From NCBI GenBank assembly GCA_951406725.2, contig OX597823.1, positions 99,386,001 through 99,450,000 of the forward strand: DNA of 64,000 nucleotides, read 5' to 3'. The notes beneath the pieces are model-generated. The model had not been told where the DNA came from. It saw only the letters and a list, made by a program, of their open reading frames with translations, and did no database searches. Position 1 is the stretch's first letter; each line of letters opens with the position of its first letter. Positions 25,670 through 36,895 of the stretch are shown here, piece after piece. A program made the translations under genes and the position numbers. This stretch comes from Octopus vulgaris. Taxonomy: Eukaryota.

Positions 25670-27719
25670 ATATCATGGACAAAATCCCTTGAAAATTTTC
25701 TTCCCCAAAAAGGAGTTGAACTTGCGGTTCACCTTATGACTTCTACCACTCAACTGCATGATAAAAAATGATGTAAAAAAAATAAATATAAATTAATAAT
25801 TTAACAGAGCTCTGTTGGTTGATGATTAATTATCTGATTAACCTGCTCCAGAATAAAGGTGTAAGTGAGCATTCATCAGACGTGTGTACCTTTAATGTAA
25901 TTATCAAGACAAATCCATTTCACTAGAGTGTACCTTTTGAATTACTGGTATAATCCACCTGATCTGCTTCTGTATAGTTTCCATCTGGCCAGTTTCATTC
26001 TTGTGAATGAAACAGCCAACATGAATAGGGAGCTTGAAATACTTTTCATTGCAGACATATTAATATCACCAGCTTTTAACTATTACACAAACATGAACAA
26101 CCAACAGATCATGTCCTTTTCATTCTTAAGTTTGGGCTTCTCTACTCATCACCAATGTCTCATTATGGTGTAATACAGTCTGCTTTTTGCATGCACCTCA
26201 TACCGTCTGCTTTTTGCATGAATCGAAAATAGAAAATACATGACATCAAGGGAGGCTCTATGAGGTCACTCAACATGCTTGAAATAGAAACCAATTCTCA
26301 TAAGTCACACATTGTCTTAAAATGAAAGGTTTGTTAGATGTATTGTTTTAGATATATTACAGCTGAAAAACATCAGGGTGGCTATGGATGGAACACTTTT
26401 TGATCACAGGGCTGCTCAAATCTGGGTTGATGTGGGCCTAAACAACAATTGTTAATAGAAATTATGTATGATTCCAAACGACTTGAAGTTAAAGCAATCA
26501 TGAAATGACTACCTGTATCTCATCTCTTGTGCATCTTAAGGTTTGGTTTCCAGTCTTGTTTCAATCAATTGCTAATCTCGTTGTCAGTAATATAACAATA
26601 TTTTTCTTGTTTATCAATTGACAGAATTGCAGTTTGTAGTAATTTATCTATTACATAAATGATACGAGACTTTCTTGAGCATTTTACCAATTTATGAAAG
26701 GGAGCCAAAACATTTGTCTGTTGCCAGTAATAACAATATTGAAAACAACTCCAAGCTGAATGTTTCTTTGAAGCAGATTCTTTTCATTGAGCTAACCACT
26801 GTAGACTTGGTATGTATATTTTTTATGGCAGCAGCACTGGAGAGGTTATTGTCCTATGTTGGGATAAATAAGATTTCACTCTGCTGTCCTTTCTGGTCAC
26901 AGCTCAAAGTCAATACTTCCTTTCTGCTATCCAAATGCAGTTCTTTTAATGTGTTGTGTATGCTGAAGAGATATTCTTCTACTTGTTTCAATCATTAAGC
27001 TGTAGCCATGCTGGAGCACTGCCTTGTATGTAAATTTTTCGTATTTTTATCTTGTGTGTGTATGGTATATTTATTTTGTGGCATATGATGGTTGGTTGTA
27101 TTCGATGTTCTCTGGTGTTGCTGGCTGATTTCTCTGTTGCTGTGTATGTACAAGGTGATTAAGGAGGACTGTAACAAATGATATTAGACTTGGCTAGAAC
27201 TGACCTGTCCAACCAATTGCAACAAGGAAAAGACAAAGGTTAGCTTTATATAGTAAGAGAAAAAAAACAAACAGTGGGCAATAGTTTTAAAAGTAGCTTA
27301 GAGCAGAGTAGATGAATAATTTGGTTGATGATAAAAAGCTTAATCAAGTCAAGTGCTTTGTGATAAAATAAATTGACATTTAAAAATATTTTGCCAGTTG
27401 TGTTAAATAAAAGAAACCATTTTAGATATTTGTAAATCTCTATAGAATTTATTTATAAAAGACCTATTTGTACAATGTGCATGTAAAATGTATGCATGAG
27501 ATATTGTAGCAAAAAGTTTATGATGTAATTTTAGAAAAAGAAATGTTTAATGCAGAGTTTCTTTTGTAACTGAAATTTCAATGAGTTCAGTGAGTTGTAT
27601 TGCAATGGAGACCAAATATTTCTTGTTATATTTAATTTATTAAAATTTACTTTGTATTACACTCTGAGTCTATTAAACTGGAAAAACAGGCTAAAAATAT
27701 TTGACATATATGTGTGTAT

Positions 27720-27830
27720 GCATAAGCAGATGGATTTAGGTCCAGTCCCACTGTGTGGCATCTTTTACTAATAACCCAAGCTGACCAATGTCATGTGAGT
27801 GAATTTGGTAGATGGAAACCGTAGAAACCT
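27720..27830 (+). mobile_element. SINE family A 5' fragment
   Basis: CAGTCCCACTGTGTGGCA...GTGAGTGAATTTGGTAGATGGAAAC. Confidence 0.7.
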
Positions 27831-28158
27831 ATTGCATTTGTATAGGCAATTCCCTCCAGGTATCACAGGTATCCAGATATCACAGGTCATGTTCCTTGGA
27901 TGTACTATTTCAACAGAACTGTGGAGGCACCAAATACTATATCTACAGGCAATGTCAGACTTCTCTTCTTCCTCAGGACAATAATTTGTTCCACTCCATG
28001 AACGAACTTCTTAGACTACTATTACCTGATGCAAATCATCATATTTTTTGTCAGATTTAAGCATTTTCCTACATTTAGAATGTTGCTGTGCAGGTACATA
28101 AGGAATACATTCCTATATATGCAGAGCTTAAAACTACATGGCAGTATTCTTGAGCCTG

Positions 28159-28174
28159 CACACACATGCACACG

Positions 28175-28233
<59 letters not shown>

Positions 28234-28240
28234 ACACACA
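28159..28240. repeat. (CA)n microsatellite
   Basis: Direct inspection. Confidence 0.95.
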
Positions 28241-28976
28241 AGCATGCCTACATGCAAATAGGTTGGAAGAGATCATATATAAAAAGCAATTGTAACGGGA
28301 CTATTAATTGAAAATTTCACTTCAGTTATGACATTTAAAAGTTGCTTAAATTTAAGTACTTCTCTTTAGATTTGTACTTTGTGAACATTCAGATGTGAAT
28401 TGGATAGGATAGTTTTAAGAACACCTGTTTTGATCTATGTGAAATTAACTGGAGCTTTAAAGCTGATAAGATTTCTAGTCTAAAACATGGAAAAAGAAAA
28501 AAAAAGTATTTGGAAGCAAACATTTAAATTTATAAATAGCAATACATTTGCATCCTAGTATTCATGCAGACCACAGCAAAACCCTCTATCAACAGAAAGA
28601 AAATATCTTTACCATTAACATCTAATGAATACCAACCAACATTTGGAAACAAGTAAATTAACTTTCAAAATAAAGTCTTTCTGGGAAAATATTTGCCAGT
28701 ATTTTCAGCTCAACAGATTGAAACTTACAATGGAAAAATTTGTCAGTCGACTTATTTATGTTCTCACCTGAACCATCAGCAATATTTGAATTATATATAA
28801 ATATATTTGCAAAGTAATATATGTAAGCATTTTTCATAAGTGTATACAGTATTAGAGTATCGGTATAAATATTTCTGTTAACAATGCATTTTTTAAAAAA
28901 ATAAAAACAAATTCTGTTTCATCCTCATCATTTTAATATCTGCTTTTCCATGCTTGCCTATGCAAGTATTATATAA

Positions 28977-29072
28977 GACTGGCTTCTTTCAGTTTCTGCC
29001 AACCAAATCCACTCTTAAGGCCTTGGTCAACCCAGTGCCATAGTAGATGACACTTGCATAAGGTGCCTTGCA
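28977..29072 (-). mobile_element. SINE family A fragment
   Basis: GGCTTCTTTCAGTTTCTG...CCAAATCCACTC...GACACTTGC.AAGGTGCC. Confidence 0.7.
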
Positions 29073-29478
29073 TTTTCTCAGACGTACAGCCATGCTCATC
29101 TTGCATTTAATATTTCAAGTAAAATCCTCATTTTTGAAAAAAGAGTTGCATCATGAAAAAAGATTCGAAACAGTCTCCAGATTCATCCTGGTCAAAATGT
29201 GACTCATGAGTATATCTAGAAAAGCTCAGTTTCTTTGAAGGTCTCTTTACTTCTTTATCTTCATTAGTGAAAGGGTGAAAATGTTATTTTGTACTGGTTA
29301 CATCAACTCAAAGTAGCAGCAAGTCAACAAATGAAAGGCATTTCTTTATTTTCGTGTCTTTTTTTCCTTTCTTTTCAAATCCAGGCCTCTCTGAATGGAG
29401 ATGTGTAATCCTTGAAAACATTTTTTCCTTATGCTCATTCATCTCAGCAACAGTACAATTAAAAAAATTTTTTTTTCT

Positions 29479-30260
29479 GAAAATTTGTGTGAATCATTGT
29501 GAAATTTGAATTTGAATAAAATGTATATTTTATAAATAAAAAATAATACTCTAACATTTAATACCTCAAAGAAAATATTTATTTTTAAAAAGGAAAATGG
29601 GTTGTTAGAATAGAATTGCAGCAGTTTTTGCATTCCTCCTGATTCAAACAAACTTATGTGAGACGATGGCACATAAGACAGTTTGAAGACCGTTTTGTTA
29701 ATCTTCGTTGGCCAATAACGAAAAGGTTCTTTATTAGCTTTGGGCAAAATGTTGTAAAGTTCTGTATTAGATTTTGGATTTTTGTCTAAATATATTTTTA
29801 TTCTGCTGGCTAAAGAATTCCCTAAATACTGAGCTTAGAATTCAAAACAGCTGTCTTGTATAATTTATCATTACAGTATATATATTGCTATGATGTCATA
29901 TGATTTTCTTATCTTCTGTTTCCATGTGTGTTTAAGTCATTGGTTACAAGTGGTAAATAGAGCAGCCTGTTAAGGCATTTTTCATGTAAAAATGTAAAGA
30001 CCAAGGCTAATGTAACACATGACATGAAACAGATTCCTGAAGAAAGAGAATAATGACAGAACATGTATTTCAGCTTTAAATTTTATGGAAGGAATAATGT
30101 AAACTAAAAATCTACCTAAATATATATATAAAGTACGATTTTTTTTTGAGAAAATTTGTGTGAATCATTGTGAAATTTGAATTTGAATACAATGTGTATT
30201 TTATAAATAAAAAATAATATTCTAACATTTAATACCCCAAAGAAAATATTCATTTTAAAA
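29479..30260. repeat. Pair of ~112-bp direct repeats (29479-29590 and 30150-30260)
   Basis: GAAAATTTGTGTGAATCATTGTGAAATTTGAATTTGAATA...AAAGAAAATATT.ATTTTAAAA occurs twice with few mismatches. Confidence 0.9.
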
Positions 30261-31024
30261 TGTAAACTAAACTTTGCTTAGCAATAATAAGGTTTTAGGT
30301 TTGATCCCCACTCTATAGTACTTTGGGCAAGTATCTTCTGTTGTAGTTTTGGGTTGACCAATGCCATGAGAGTGGAATTTGTGCAGAAACCCATCGTTAA
30401 CATCTGTTTTCTATATATCATGACCCCTGCATCCTTCTCCATGAGTTGGGTAATTTGACAGGAGCTGGCCACCTAGAGAGCTGCCCAGGCTCCATTTGTC
30501 TGTTGAGGCATGGTTTCTGCAACTGGATGTCCTTCCTAATGACAACCACTTTACAGAGTGGACGGGGTGTTTTTATGCAGCATCATAAAACCAGCACTCC
30601 CAAGCCCACAAGATTAGGAATGCTCAGCTGGAGAAGGATGCAGGGGACACGCCTGTATGCAAGGACAGCTAGGATTTTAATTAGCTACAACCAGGATTTT
30701 CTCCACTTAAACATGGATGGTTTATTAGAACAAACTTTACTGTGGCAGGCACCATGAGAGAAACTCTCATTTTGAGTTTCTGGTGCAAAAAAAAAACACT
30801 CTTGTTTATTATCCCTAGCAGGGAGGTAAATTCCTTGCTGACTCCAGCTCCAAGACCACCAGATCATGGGATTTTGACCTTGTTGGCTCTTGTCAAAGGT
30901 GGAAACTCACCTGCAAGATGTATATATATATATAACGATATTATTATTATTATTATTAATAAATAAATAATAATAACAATAATATAAGTAGCCAGCAAGC
31001 ATTAAAGCCAAAAAGTCAAATTTA

Positions 31025-31366
31025 TAAATTTATAATTAATTATTGATTATAATTGAGGGTACGTGAAGTACCAACATTGCTAGAAATAAGAGTAAAAAAA
31101 TACTCAAATAAGCCATCATACCTACTAATGAGAACTGAGGGAAATATCTCAAAGTTTGAAATCACGTGATATAGGTATATCTGTGATCCTCATTTGCAAC
31201 TTTCAGCTGCAATGGTTTGCTAAATTTTGCATGTTCCTCAATTTTCGTTAGCTTGTTGTATTTTCAATGAAATAGTGGCTTATTTCAGTATTTTTTTACT
31301 CTTATTTATAGCAACACTGGTATGTCATGTACCCTTAATTATAATTAATAATTCATTGTAAATTTA
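31025..31366. mobile_element. Fold-back element with 91-bp inverted arms around a hammerhead-containing spacer (PLE-like relic)
   Basis: Arms 31025-31115 and 31276-31366 are reverse complements with roughly ten mismatches. Confidence 0.75.
31118..31178 (+). ncRNA. Type I hammerhead ribozyme fold, probably inactivated by G5A
   Basis: Stem I ATACCTA/TAGGTAT (7 bp); core CTAATGA (canonical CTGATGA); stem II GAACT-GAG/CTC-aa-AGTTT; GAAA; palindromic stem III TCACGTGA; cleavage triplet ATA at 31169-31171. Confidence 0.7.
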
Positions 31367-31380
31367 TATATATATATATA

Positions 31381-34300
31381 TGGTGACTTCAATGAGCATG
31401 TTGGACAACATGCTGGGGCCTTCCATGACATACATGGAGGCCACGGCTACGGTTTCCACAACAAGGAGGGAACTAGGCTGCTGGAGTTCTGCGATGCGAA
31501 TGATCTTATGGTCTACAACACTAACTTCAGGAAACCTACCAGCCACCTAGTCATCTACCAATCGGGCCGACATACTAGCCAAATTGACTACATCCTTGCC
31601 AGAAAAAGGGAAAGATGGCTGCTTATAAACGCCAAAAGCTTCCCAGGTGAAGAATGTACCCCACAACACAGACTGGTAGTTAGTGACTTTAGGATCAGGA
31701 CTAAGAGGATGACCAGAAGACGACCAGCATGGAGAAGAAGGGTCTGGAAGCTTAAAGATCCTGCAAATGGACAGAGATTTAGAGACATATTACTTGAAGC
31801 CTTTGACAAAGCAGAAGGGGATAAAGCTTCACATGGGGTAGAAGACAACTGGAGGTTTCTAAGGGACAACTAGCTGAAAGTCACTGACCAGATCTGTGAA
31901 TGGTGCAAAGTCCCCTCAAGACCCAAAATAACGTGGTGGTGGAACAATATTGTTGACAGGGCTATTAGACGAAAAAAAAACAGGCTTGGAAGGACTGGAA
32001 GAACGGTGGTAGCAAGGAAGTGTATCAGACTGCCAGAAGGGAATCTAGGAGGCAGGTGTATTTAGCCAGAGGTTGAAGCAGATAAGAAAAAATTTGCCAA
32101 TGTTCTGTGCTGTGAGGACCAAAGACTTGAGGTATTTGTGTTGCAAGACAGTGTGTGAGAGAGAAGCGTGATGTGGTAGGAGAGAAATATGTTCACATGG
32201 ATGATGGTTCATTTGCGTTAAATGAGGATGCAAAGAGAGTGGTTTGGAGACACCATTATGAAAGGTTGCTGAAGAAAGAAAATGAATGGGATAAAGAGAG
32301 TCTGCCGAATATGGACCCAACAGAGGGATCAGCTATCCGTGTTGACAGTTCCTTGGTAGTCAAGGCAATTAGAAGCATGAAGACAGGGAAAGCCCCAGGC
32401 CCATCAGGAATTACTGCAGAGATGCTCAAAATATCTGGCAGTGTCAGCTATAGCCAAGTCACCCGTATAGTTAACCAGGTGATACACAAATGAGTCATAC
32501 CCAATGACTGGTGTAGCAGCATAATAGTCAACTGCTACAAAGGTAAAGGTGATGCCCTAGATACAAATAATTACAGAGGTATCAAGCTGTTGGATCAGGC
32601 AATGAAGGTTACGGAGAGGGTCATAGCCCAACTTATTAGGGAGAGAGTCAGCTTGGATGAGATGCAGTTTGGTTTCGTGCCAGAGAAAAGCACCACTGAT
32701 GCCATATTTCTGGTAAGACAGCTGCAGGAGAAATACCTAGCCAAAGATAAGCCCCTGTACCTGGCTTTCGTTGACATGGAGAAAGCCTTCGACAGGGTCC
32801 CCTGATCCCTTATCTGGTGGTTAATGAGGAAACTAGGGATAGATGAATGGTTAGTAAGAGCTGTGCAAGCTATGTACAGGGACGCTGCTAGTAAGGTGAG
32901 GGTTGGTGACGAGTACAGTGAAGAATTCCGGGTAGAGATAGGGGTCCACCAAGGTTCAGTCCTCAGCCCCCTCCTATTTATCATAGTCCTCCAGGCAATA
33001 ACGGAGGAATTCAAGACAGGATGCCCCTGGGAGCTCCTCTATGCTGATGACCTTGCTCTAATTGCTGAGTCACTATCAGAACTGGAGGAGAAGTTTCAGG
33101 TGTGGAAGCAAGGATTTAGAATCGAAGGGCCTTAGAGTCAGCCTAGCCAAAACCAAAGTTCTAATAAGTAGGAAGATTGACAAATCACAAACGCCTTCAG
33201 GTAGATGGCCCTGCTCGATCTGTAGAAAAGGCGTAGGTAGAAACTCTATAAGATGTACCCAGTGTAAGCTATGGACACATAAGAGGTGCAGCAATGTCAA
33301 AGGAAGGCTAACTAGGAAAATAGTTTTTGTATGTGGCAGATGCTCAGGAGCAATAAACACTGAAAATGCACAGAGAACAACTTCCGCCACATTCCAGGGA
33401 GAAAAACGAGAAATAGTTGATAGCTTCCGTTACCTAGGTGACCAAGTCAGTAGCGGGGGCGGGTGTGCTGAAAGTGTAACTGCTAGAGTAAGAATAGCCT
33501 GGGCAAAGTTCAGAGAGCTCTTACCTCTGCTGGTGACAAAAGGCCTCTCGCTCAGAGTAAAAGGCAGACTGTATGACGCATGTATACGAACAGCCATGCT
33601 ACATGGCAGTGAAACATGGGCCGTGACTGCTGAGGATATGTGTAAGCTCACAAGAAATGAAGCCAGTATGCTCCGATGGATGTGTAATGTTAGTGTTCGT
33701 ACTCGACAGAGTGTAAGTACCTTGAGAGAAAAGTTGGACCTAAGAAGCATCAGTTGTGGTGTGCAAGAGAGACGTTTGCACTGATATGGTCATGTGGTGA
33801 GAATGGATGAAGATAGTTGTGTGAAAAAGTGCCAATCCCTAGCAGTTGAGGGATCCTGTGGATTAGGTAGACCCAGGAAAACCTGGGATGAGGTGGTGAA
33901 GCACGACCTTCGAACTTTAGGTCTCACCGAGGAAATGACTAGAGACCGAGACCTATGGAAGTACGCTGTGCGTGAGAAAACCCGGCAGGACAAGTGAGAC
34001 CATAACCTGTAGCCTCTACCTGGGATGTAGCCAGTCCACTTATGCATACCTTTTCCTTCTTGGGACACAAAACTCTACTTGTGAAGACCTGTTGAGGCAA
34101 GTGAGAAATCAGAATCAAAATCAAAATCGAAATCAAAATCGAAATCGATCAACATCAATGGAAATTGTAGCTGTGATACCAGTGCCGGGTTCATGTAAGA
34201 GAACCATCCAAATGTGGCCGTAACCAGCCTCGCGTGTCCTCCATGCTGCTGGCACGTAAAAATCACCATCCGATCGTGGCCATTTGCCAGCCTCGTCTGG

Positions 34301-34506
34301 CACCTGTGTCGGTGGCATGTAAAAAGCACCCACTACACTCATGGAGTGGTTGGCATTAGGAAGGGCATCCAGCCGTAGAAACATTGCCAGATCAGTCTGG
34401 GCCTCGTGCAGCCTCCTGGCTTCCCAGACTCCAGTTGAACCATCCAACCCATGCTAGCATGGAAAGCGGACGCTAAACGATGATGATGATGATGATGATG
34501 ATGATA
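31381..34506 (+). mobile_element. 5'-truncated RTE LINE copy (3.1 kb) inserted in a TA tract
   Basis: Begins at GDFN in the endonuclease, then SQIDYIL, the RT motifs, YADD (33040-33051), the PHD-like finger, FRYLG, a stop at 33995-33997, the 3' UTR and a (GAT)n tail. TA runs flank both sides. Confidence 0.95.
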
Positions 34507-34519
34507 CATATATATATAT

Positions 34520-34640
34520 GAGACCATAAACTCATGGCATATGCCTGGGGCATAACCAGCCCACTTATGCGTACCTTTTCCTTCTTTGGACACTAAACTC
34601 TGCTTGCGAAGACCTGTTGAGGCAATTGAAATCCAAATCC
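34520..34640 (+). mobile_element. Isolated proximal 3' UTR piece of RTE
   Basis: GAGACCATAA...CTTATGCGTACCTTTTCCTTCTTTGG...GAAGACCTGTTGAGGCAA matches the reverse complement of 2320-2430. Confidence 0.8.
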
Positions 34641-34664
34641 ATACTTCCTTAATTATCTCCCTGC

Positions 34665-34846
34665 CACTGCTGGAGCATCCAGTCCACATTGTAAAGTCGA
34701 TCTTCACTGCTACTTGGTTTATCAACCATGGAAGGATGAAAGGTAAAGTTGACCCTGGCAGCATTTGAACTCAGAACATAAAGTTGGAGGAATTTCCACT
34801 GAACATTTTGTCTGGTACGATTCCGATTAAGCCAGCTTGCTACCTT
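34665..34846 (-). mobile_element. SINE family B copy
   Basis: GGAAGGATGAAAGGTAAAGTTGACC...ATTTGAACTCAGAAC...GCCAGCTTGCTACCT is antisense to 41422-41632. Confidence 0.75.
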
Positions 34847-36068
34847 TCTGCAAGTCATAATATTAATAGTTTTTATATAACTTCTATGTAGATTCTTTTA
34901 TTTATTTTTTTTTTGTTTATAACAGTGATAGAATCATTTTTTCATTTGCCAGGAATGTATTAGTTCGCAGCAATGGAATTTTGTGGAATGTATGGAGGAA
35001 AAAGAGTTGTTTTTTAAATTGTGATAGAATCTCAGTTTTCATTTCTCAAGTTATGTAATCTTGAATGTAACCACACAATCTGATAAGTACAAACTATTAA
35101 AAGTTGCATCTAGCTCAAAGAAGGCATTGCATTTGGCTTCTCTCTCTGTGACAGAATACAATTTATGAAAGTTCAAAAAAAAAAAAAATCATGCTGGAAG
35201 TAATGAGCTGAAATTCTTTTAAAATTGCTGAAGATTGAGTTTCATGGCAAAGCATTAAAAAGGATAAAGGTTGACATTTTAAAAAGCTATATAAATATTT
35301 TTAAAGGCAGCATGAATGAAATAGTTTTGAGAATTTCTGGTATTTTTTGGTTTTGTCTTTTACTTGCAAGTTTATTGCAGATAACCCTTCTAAAGATGTG
35401 AATTGCCCCATTTGAAATCTCATTATTCATCCATTTACAAATATTAGGAATGCTTCCCATTTTCCTACTTATAACAATATTACTTCACCTCTTTTCAAAA
35501 AGTATATAATTATAGTAGAAATATTTCTGGGATGAGTCAAGTTTCTTTAGTATCATTTATCTTTCAGAAACGCTTTTGTCTAATTTAAATTTAACATAAC
35601 TGCATCAGTCAACTGAGTTTAGATCCTGACATCTTCCCTTCAAACCAAACCTCTGCATTGCTCACTTGGTTTTGTTTCTTATAAGGGCTTCTTGTATTAC
35701 TGCTTAAAAACCTTTGGTTCAATATCGTTCTTTTTATTTAACATTAACAAGGTTTTATTTCCTTAATGTAATTGCCAACTGGAGTCTATGGTGATGGCAG
35801 CATTCATGCTTTCTTTTTTCTTTTTCTTTTTTCTTTTTTGTCTAACTGAAGAGAAACGATTAAAGAATATATTTAAATTAGCAACAACTTTGAATTCGTT
35901 ACATTCAAGGGACATAACCTTTCAAAATAGCTGTTTATGATTGCCTCCCCTTTGCTTTTTTCTTGATACTTATTCGCTAACCACATGTTGATGGTGAGTA
36001 AATCGTGTTTTTTTTTTAATTCTAATAGCTACTGACCCCGACCCCACAATTTTGAAAGAAGTTGCTCT

Positions 36069-36490
36069 GGATCTTTTCGGTTTGAACGGCAGTTTTTTCT
36101 AGCGGTGTCATATGAAATTGTCACCCATAATTATGACCCTAGTATCGATCTATTGCATTTCAATCTGTTTTAGGGTTAGGATTAGGGTGGGGGGAAGGGT
36201 ATCTTTTTCTTTCTTCAGAAATGTAAATAAACCCAATCTGTTTCTTAAACAAGGGACATATTCATACGGCACAGAATGTTTTTTTTTACCTCAATGGACG
36301 TGATTGATTGGTTGAAATTGCAGAAATTGAAGTAAAAAAAACAAGAAATATCTTACAAACCATAGAATTTTCTCAATAAAGCCAAGAGAAAAAGATGTTT
36401 TATAAACACATTCTACCAGTATACGAAGTTTTAAATTTTTTAGTTCCCTAGAAATTATGTTAAAAACTGCCATTCAAACCAAAAAGATCC
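36069..36490. mobile_element. MITE with ~29-bp TIRs and an exact 8-bp TSD (Merlin-like or hAT-like)
   Basis: TIRs GGATCTTTTCGGTTTGAACGGCAGTTTTT and AAAAACTGCCATTCAAACCAAAAAGATCC. GTTGCTCT is duplicated at 36061-36068 and 36491-36498. Confidence 0.9.
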
Positions 36491-36565
36491 GTTGCTCTTC
36501 TAAAAGGCTAATTTTTTTTACCCAAAATATTAGTACTTTTATTGGAATATAACACCTATGTATAT

Positions 36566-36770
36566 TGCGTTTTCGGATTTGGTTTGCAAGATTCTTCATG
36601 TGAGTTCGTGGTGTTGAAGCATATTCTGTTGTGTCTGGGGAGAGTCATTTTCTTTTTGTGCCTTATAATATAACACACTCACGGGTAAAATTTCCACTTA
36701 TTTTTTTGGAAATTTTATCGGTGAGTGTGTTATATTATAAGGCACAAAAAGAAAATGACTCTCCTCAGAC
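36566..36770. mobile_element. Short fold-back insertion with a 15-bp TSD and 64-bp inverted arms
   Basis: AACACCTATGTATAT at 36551-36565 and 36771-36785. Arms 36633-36696 and 36707-36770 differ at three positions. A related single-arm sequence lies at about 47985-48110. Confidence 0.8.
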
Positions 36771-36796
36771 AACACCTATGTATATAATACATGTGT

Positions 36797-36895
36797 AATC
36801 TTTTCTGCTCTAGGCACAAAGCCTGAAATTTTTGGGGAGGGGGCCAGTCGATTAGATCGACGCCAGTACGCAACTGGTTCTTAATTTATTGACAT
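36797..36895 (-). mobile_element. SINE family B 3' end
   Basis: TCTAGGCACAAAGCCTGAAATTTTTGGGGAGGGGGCCAGTCGATTAGATCGAC.CCAGTACGCAACTGGT. Confidence 0.7.

Noticed and set aside
36169-36187. Interstitial telomere
   Set aside because: Only about three imperfect TTAGGG units, internal to a MITE.
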